Shown here piece by piece: positions 18,514 through 22,262 of a stretch of DNA of 22,262 bases. Where the stretch lies: IMG/VR virus record IMGVR_UViG_2913147268_000007. One strand, written 5' to 3'. The position numbers and the translations under genes were made by a program. A model generated the notes under the pieces. It was not told where the DNA came from. It did no database searches and saw only the letters and a program-made list of their open reading frames with translations. The stretch comes from a virus. Taxonomy: Duplodnaviria > Heunggongvirae > Uroviricota > Caudoviricetes. Every line of letters begins with the position of its first letter. Positions within the stretch are counted from its first letter, which is position 1.

Positions 18514-19888
18514 CTATGCCTGTTCAACGTTATACCAGTTACCAGAAATGTATTTTTGTAGTGGTCGTGACACCATCCAGTCATCTCCATCAACCTCACC
18601 AATAATTTGCAATCCTGTTGTCACATGACCATTACCTGGTTCGCAAAGTCCTCCGCGATATAATGTGTCAGAACGTCTGCCTCCCAGACGCACATTTCTG
18701 ATAAAAGAACTATTCAGGTAATCATTTAAGTTTGACCCCCAGCACCCACCAAATATATTTCCATCGGTGTTATAACGGACGCCACCCGCAATAAGAGCAC
18801 CCGGTGAAATAAAGGATTTATCGTTCGGGTTAAACTGCCATAAAGCATCATTACCGCCATCGCCACGCATATGAATACATGGAACCGGAAATCCATACTG
18901 TTCTGTCAGTAAATACCCAAAGCTGACCGCGCCGGGATAGCCCTGTCCATTGCGAATGGACAAGCCCTTAACTATCGGCACGTAAAGACCACCAGGAGTG
19001 GGATTCCAGGCAAACTGCGTCTGAACAAAAGGCGCGGTGGCATTATTCAACTGGTCTGCAAATGCGCCACTTCCATCAGGAATTATTCCCTGATGAATAT
19101 ATGCAACCCGCTTATAAAAATCAGCAGATGCGGGTTGAAGCCCAAATGCCAGTTGTCCATTTGAATAGAATAAAAGGACACCGTCGCCGCCCTGTTTAAT
19201 ACCAGTGTCGTTATCTCCGAGAGTAATGGAATTACCGCCCAGTGCGTTATCTGTACCAAGCGCCAGCCCACCATCAATTTTGGCCCCGTGGCTGACAGAT
19301 ATAGCACCTGTTCTCAGATTTATAGCGAATGGCCTTAATGGGCCGATATCACCGTTTTCGCCTTGTCCTTCAGCCGTCGGAATGAAATGAAGAAAATCTT
19401 CTGAACGACGGAAAATAAGACCGAAGGCATCATTGAAAATTCGCAGCGCATTCACCGTGCCAATTTTCAGTTCTCCGGTCATTTTATCGCCGGAACGCTG
19501 AACGGCGTTACCAGCCTTGTTTACCGTTTCCTGTAAACCGAGGTATTCGATAACGGCGGCAACGGTCGATTTCGCAAGAATATCCCGCCCAACTTTTGTC
19601 AGGGTTGCCAGACTGGCAACATCATTCCCCGTAAAATACGGAAACCTGTCTGCCGCAGTAGCAAGCCCGGCCAGCGCCGTCAGGGTGGCATCTTTCGGTT
19701 GCTTACCCGCAAGCGCGCTAGTCATGGTGGTCGCAAAATTCGGGTCGTTGCCCAACGCCGCAGCCAGCTCGTTCAGCGTATTCAGTGCGTCAGGCGACGA
19801 GTCCACGAGGGCAGCGATCGCAGCCATAACATAAGCCGTGCTTGCGATTTGGGTATTATTCGTTCCCTGTCGCGCAGTTGGTGTTGTT
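18514..19888 (-). CDS. Tail fibre gene in reverse orientation (constant-region copy plus distinct C-terminal cassette), 5' partial at N-run
   Basis: Encodes ...TTPTARQGTNNTQIASTAYVMAAIAALVDSS...AVIEYLGL followed by a unique 340-aa C-terminus ending ..ISGNWYNVEQA*. The constant part is about 94% identical at DNA level to 14970-15275. Confidence 0.8.
19528..19553. promoter_or_regulatory. gix-like crossover site, inverted relative to 15250-15275
   Basis: ttcctgtaaacc ga ggtattcgataa is a near-perfect match to the gix-type 26-bp dyad pattern and lies in-frame at the EYLGL junction of the minus-strand fibre. Confidence 0.65.
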
Positions 19889-19898
19889 NNNNNNNNNN
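19889..19898. other. Assembly gap (10 N)
   Basis: Literal run of n. Confidence 1.
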
Positions 19899-19917
19899 TT
19901 TGGACGGGAGATTCAGC

Positions 19918-20100
19918 GTGCTGATTGGCTATGTAAGGGTATCAACAAATGACCAGAATACAGATCTGCAACGAAACGCTCTTGTTTGTGCAGGATATGA
20001 ACAAATATTTGAAGATAAATTAAGCGGAACAAGGACAGGCCGACCTGGATTAAAACGTGCTTTAAAGCGCCTTCAAAAAGGTGACGCACTGGTTGTCTGA
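19918..20100 (+). pseudogene. Truncated second copy of the invertase gene (N-terminal 60 codons)
   Basis: GTG-LIGYVRVSTNDQNTDLQRNALVCAGYEQIFEDKLSGTRTGRPGLKRALKRLQKGDALVV then TGA. About 94% identical to the 5' end of the invertase at 9113..9712 and diverges or stops where the full copy continues WKLDRLGRS. Confidence 0.8.
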
Positions 20101-20159
20101 AAACTGGACTGACTGGTTCACTGTATGCGGCATCTTGTCGTGCTGGTGGTGGAAGCCTA

Positions 20160-20245
20160 GAAAAAGTATCGGGTGTTACTGAACCGTGTTGATACATCAA
20201 CTGCACCTGATATTGAGTGGCCTACGAACCCTGTCAGGGAGTAAT
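20160..20245 (+). pseudogene. Degenerate 3' remnant of a tail-fibre-assembly gene
   Basis: About 90% identical to the 3' end of the tfa fragment at 21207-21293 (..[18 protein letters not shown]) but frameshifted. Confidence 0.6.
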
Positions 20246-20297
20246 CATTGGGATTATGCCGCAGCACGTCTTAAGCAAGAACGTGCTGCGGTTGGAT
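20165..20297 (+). repeat. Direct repeat copy 1 (tfa 3' end plus hairpin)
   Basis: About 135 bp, roughly 90% identical to 21207-21345. Includes the hairpin ccgcagcacgt...acgtgctgcgg. Confidence 0.7.
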
Positions 20298-20298
20298 G

Positions 20299-20955
20299 CT
20301 ATTTTTTCCCTGAAGCGGAAAACATTACTACAGTACCTTGAACCTTGGTTTTAACATTCTCGAAATGCTCTGAGAGTATATGTGTTAAGCCTTCTTCGGA
20401 ATCTTTTGTGTTTGAAAAGATGCCTTTCTGATTGTAAATGCGCATCAGTTTTTGACCGAAGCTATTGTGCACAACTCCATCGCCAAGAATTGTGGCTCCG
20501 TATAGAGTTCCATCGTCAGTTAAGGCCTGCGCCGCATTGCGTATTACACAGCTTTTTGTAGATATATTTCCAGGCAGGCAGTGAAGAAGGTAAAACATGG
20601 AAATGGAATCAAATTGACCATGTAACGCCGCGGGATAAGGTTCAAAAACATCATGGCTAATTTTATGTTTAATTTTTGATTCCCCAGCCCTTGTAGATGC
20701 CGCGTTCAGGCTAGCTTCGTTCAAATCCATTAAAGATATCAGACTACTCTCAGGTACGTGAGTAAGGTAAAACCCAGTTCCAACGCCAATATCCAGATGG
20801 TTGTTACCTAAATGTTCCAGAAAGTGTGGAAGAAGGTGTTCCTTTGTAGGACATCCCCATGCAAGCCGATTTGATACTCCCAAAACCCACCAGTCATAAA
20901 GCTTTAGGGTAAGTGGTGTGTAAATTTTAGCCCCATCATCTGTGTTTTTTTTCAT
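20299..20955 (-). CDS. Class I SAM-dependent methyltransferase, about 218 aa
   Basis: Glycine-rich SAM-binding motif I LDIGVGTGFYL and downstream Rossmann-fold blocks. No DPPY/NPPF-type DNA methyltransferase motif. The start is probably the ATG at complement 20953-20955 (GGTGA upstream) rather than the track start at 20967. Visibly AT-rich compared with the flanking phage genes. Confidence 0.75.
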   Translation of the reverse strand: MKKNTDDGAKIYTPLTLKLYDWWVLGVSNRLAWGCPTKEHLLPHFLEHLGNNHLDIGVGTGFYLTHVPESSLISLMDLNEASLNAASTRAGESKIKHKISHDVFEPYPAALHGQFDSISMFYLLHCLPGNISTKSCVIRNAAQALTDDGTLYGATILGDGVVHNSFGQKLMRIYNQKGIFSNTKDSEEGLTHILSEHFENVKTKVQGTVVMFSASGKK

Positions 20956-21023
20956 TGATTTCACCATGTTATAGTTTTATTTGTGAATTAAATCAATTAT
21001 GGCGATGAATTACAAGGGGTTAA

Positions 21024-21293
21024 ATGCTGCCGCAGCATAGCGATATTGAAATAGCCTGGTATGCTTCGATACAGCAGGAGCCGAATGGCTGGAAGACCGT
21101 CACCACACAGTTCTACATCCAGGAATTCAGTGAGTATATTGCGCCACTGCAGGATGCTGTAGATCTGGAAATCGCAACGGAGGAAGAAAGATCGTTGCTG
21201 GAGGCATGGAATAAATATCGGGTATTGTTGAATCGTGTTGATACATCAACTGCACCTGATATTGAGTGGCCTGCAAATCCTGTCAGGGAGTAA
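21024..21293 (+). CDS. C-terminal fragment of a tail fibre assembly protein, 89 aa, possibly a pseudogene
   Basis: ...[31 protein letters not shown], the conserved Tfa C-terminus. It lacks the N-terminal MxHLKNI...PDITANRR half. Confidence 0.6.
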   Translation: MLPQHSDIEIAWYASIQQEPNGWKTVTTQFYIQEFSEYIAPLQDAVDLEIATEEERSLLEAWNKYRVLLNRVDTSTAPDIEWPANPVRE

Positions 21294-21345
21294 TCATTGG
21301 GATTATGCCGCAGACACGTCGTATGCAGGAACGTGCTGCGGTTAG
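21207..21345 (+). repeat. Direct repeat copy 2 (tfa 3' end plus hairpin)
   Basis: Partner of 20165-20297. The hairpin ccgcagacacgtc...gaacgtgctgcgg follows the stop. Confidence 0.7.
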
Positions 21346-21407
21346 TTTGTGAGCTTTCGATAGTGGTTGTTATTTTTGCCCTTATTTGTTCCGGAGGCCA
21401 TGGTTCA

Positions 21408-21578
21408 ATGGTCCGTCTGCCCCCTGTGGTGATGTCAGCAAAATCAGCCACTGCGCGAACCACAATAGCCCGGGAAGATGCTGAAGATCACCAGGTAAAG
21501 CTGTCAGCGCAGAAACTGGAAGAACTGCTCGCATCAATGGTTAAGGATGAGGTTGATCGCAATGATGGGATTTATTGA
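21408..21578 (+). CDS. Hypothetical small protein, about 56 aa
   Basis: ATG at 21408 with GGAGG 10 nt upstream; MVRLPPVVMSAKSATARTTIAREDAEDHQVKLSAQKLEELLASMVKDEVDRNDGIY. No family recognised. Confidence 0.3.
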   Translation: MVRLPPVVMSAKSATARTTIAREDAEDHQVKLSAQKLEELLASMVKDEVDRNDGIY

Positions 21579-21673
21579 CGTCAGCGAGAGCAGAAGGAAG
21601 AACTGAATAACCTGAATGATTTACGCTCAATCAGAGCGATGGCGATTAGCGGCAATCACGCTCGATAAAATTA

Positions 21674-21699
21674 ACCCCGGTGATCATCCGGGGTTTTGC
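21674..21699. terminator. Bidirectional hairpin terminator
   Basis: ccccgg tgatcat ccgggg followed by ttttgc, placed between the small + ORF and the convergent Rha gene. Confidence 0.5.
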
Positions 21700-21704
21700 A
21701 TTCA

Positions 21705-22262
21705 TTAAAACCGCATCAACCTTTCCACCAATTGTTCTTTACGGGCAACGATCCACCCATGTTGCTCCAGATAAAATTTAAACCGTTCCAGCGTGCATAC
21801 CATCGCATCGGCGGGGACTTTTTCTGTGAACTCGACCTGACCGTGTTTATCGAAGTGGATCAGTAATGCGCATCCATTATTTGGGGCGGGGGAGTTTTGT
21901 GCTGCAGGAGGACGTTTGTGGAGTTCTTCTTCCATTGCGTTAAATTTTTCAATGTAAGCTTCTTTTAGTCTGGCTGCTTTTTTGCCAGTAAATCCCATTA
22001 CGAGGAACATGAAGCCGTCTTTTGTGATCAGGTAGCATCGTGATTCACGTTCTGCGCCGTTGCCAATTTCGACAGTCTGAACATCGGCCGAAAAGTTGGC
22101 TGATGTAAATTCGGGAGAGCAGTCGAGTGTGTCAATCTTAGCTAAAACGTGTTTATGTTGTTTATCGAAGTAGTCGGCAACAGCTTGAGAGGTGGTAACC
22201 AGGCGACCATCTTTGAAAAAGACTTTTGGTGACTCGTTAGAAAAAGTTATAGCTGTATTCAT
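21705..22262 (-). CDS. Rha-family phage regulatory protein (antirepressor-like)
   Basis: N-terminal region MNTAITFSNESPKVFFKDGRLVTTSQAVADYFDKQHKHVLAKIDTL...CYLITKDGFMFLVMGFTGKKAA...YIEKFNAMEE is the Rha-domain pattern. The ATG sits exactly at the window edge, so the true start cannot be confirmed. Confidence 0.75.
   Translation of the reverse strand: MNTAITFSNESPKVFFKDGRLVTTSQAVADYFDKQHKHVLAKIDTLDCSPEFTSANFSADVQTVEIGNGAERESRCYLITKDGFMFLVMGFTGKKAARLKEAYIEKFNAMEEELHKRPPAAQNSPAPNNGCALLIHFDKHGQVEFTEKVPADAMVCTLERFKFYLEQHGWIVARKEQLVERLMRF

Overview
The window holds a complete chromosomal serS followed directly by a P2-family phage tail module with an invertase-driven, multi-cassette tail-fibre switching region. 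All calls rest on reading the supplied ORF translations and the raw sequence by eye; no database search was run, and identities and repeat extents are approximate. Left to right: serS (+); two back-to-back terminators; a 46-aa Hok/Gef-family type I toxin ORF with an overlapping mok-like frame (-), absent from the ORF track because it is under 60 aa; an Ogr-like zinc-finger activator and a gpD-like tail protein (-); sheath FI, tube FII, chaperone E with a -1 frameshift extension E', tape measure T and gpU (+); a Hin/Gin/Pin-family serine invertase (-) beside a gix/hix-like crossover site and a silent promoterless tail-fibre cassette; R, S, V, W, J, I and a gpH-like tail fibre (+) whose C-terminus is exchangeable at an in-frame crossover site; at least four variable C-terminal cassettes with four tail-fibre-assembly genes in two convergent pairs; a truncated second invertase copy; an AT-rich class I methyltransferase cargo gene bracketed by direct repeats; and a Rha-family regulator at the right edge. 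No capsid, terminase, portal or integrase gene is visible. Five N-runs (10411-10420, 14905-14969, 16940-16949, 17091-17100, 19889-19898) split the window into six blocks, so order and orientation across them are unverified; only 1-10410 is certainly contiguous.
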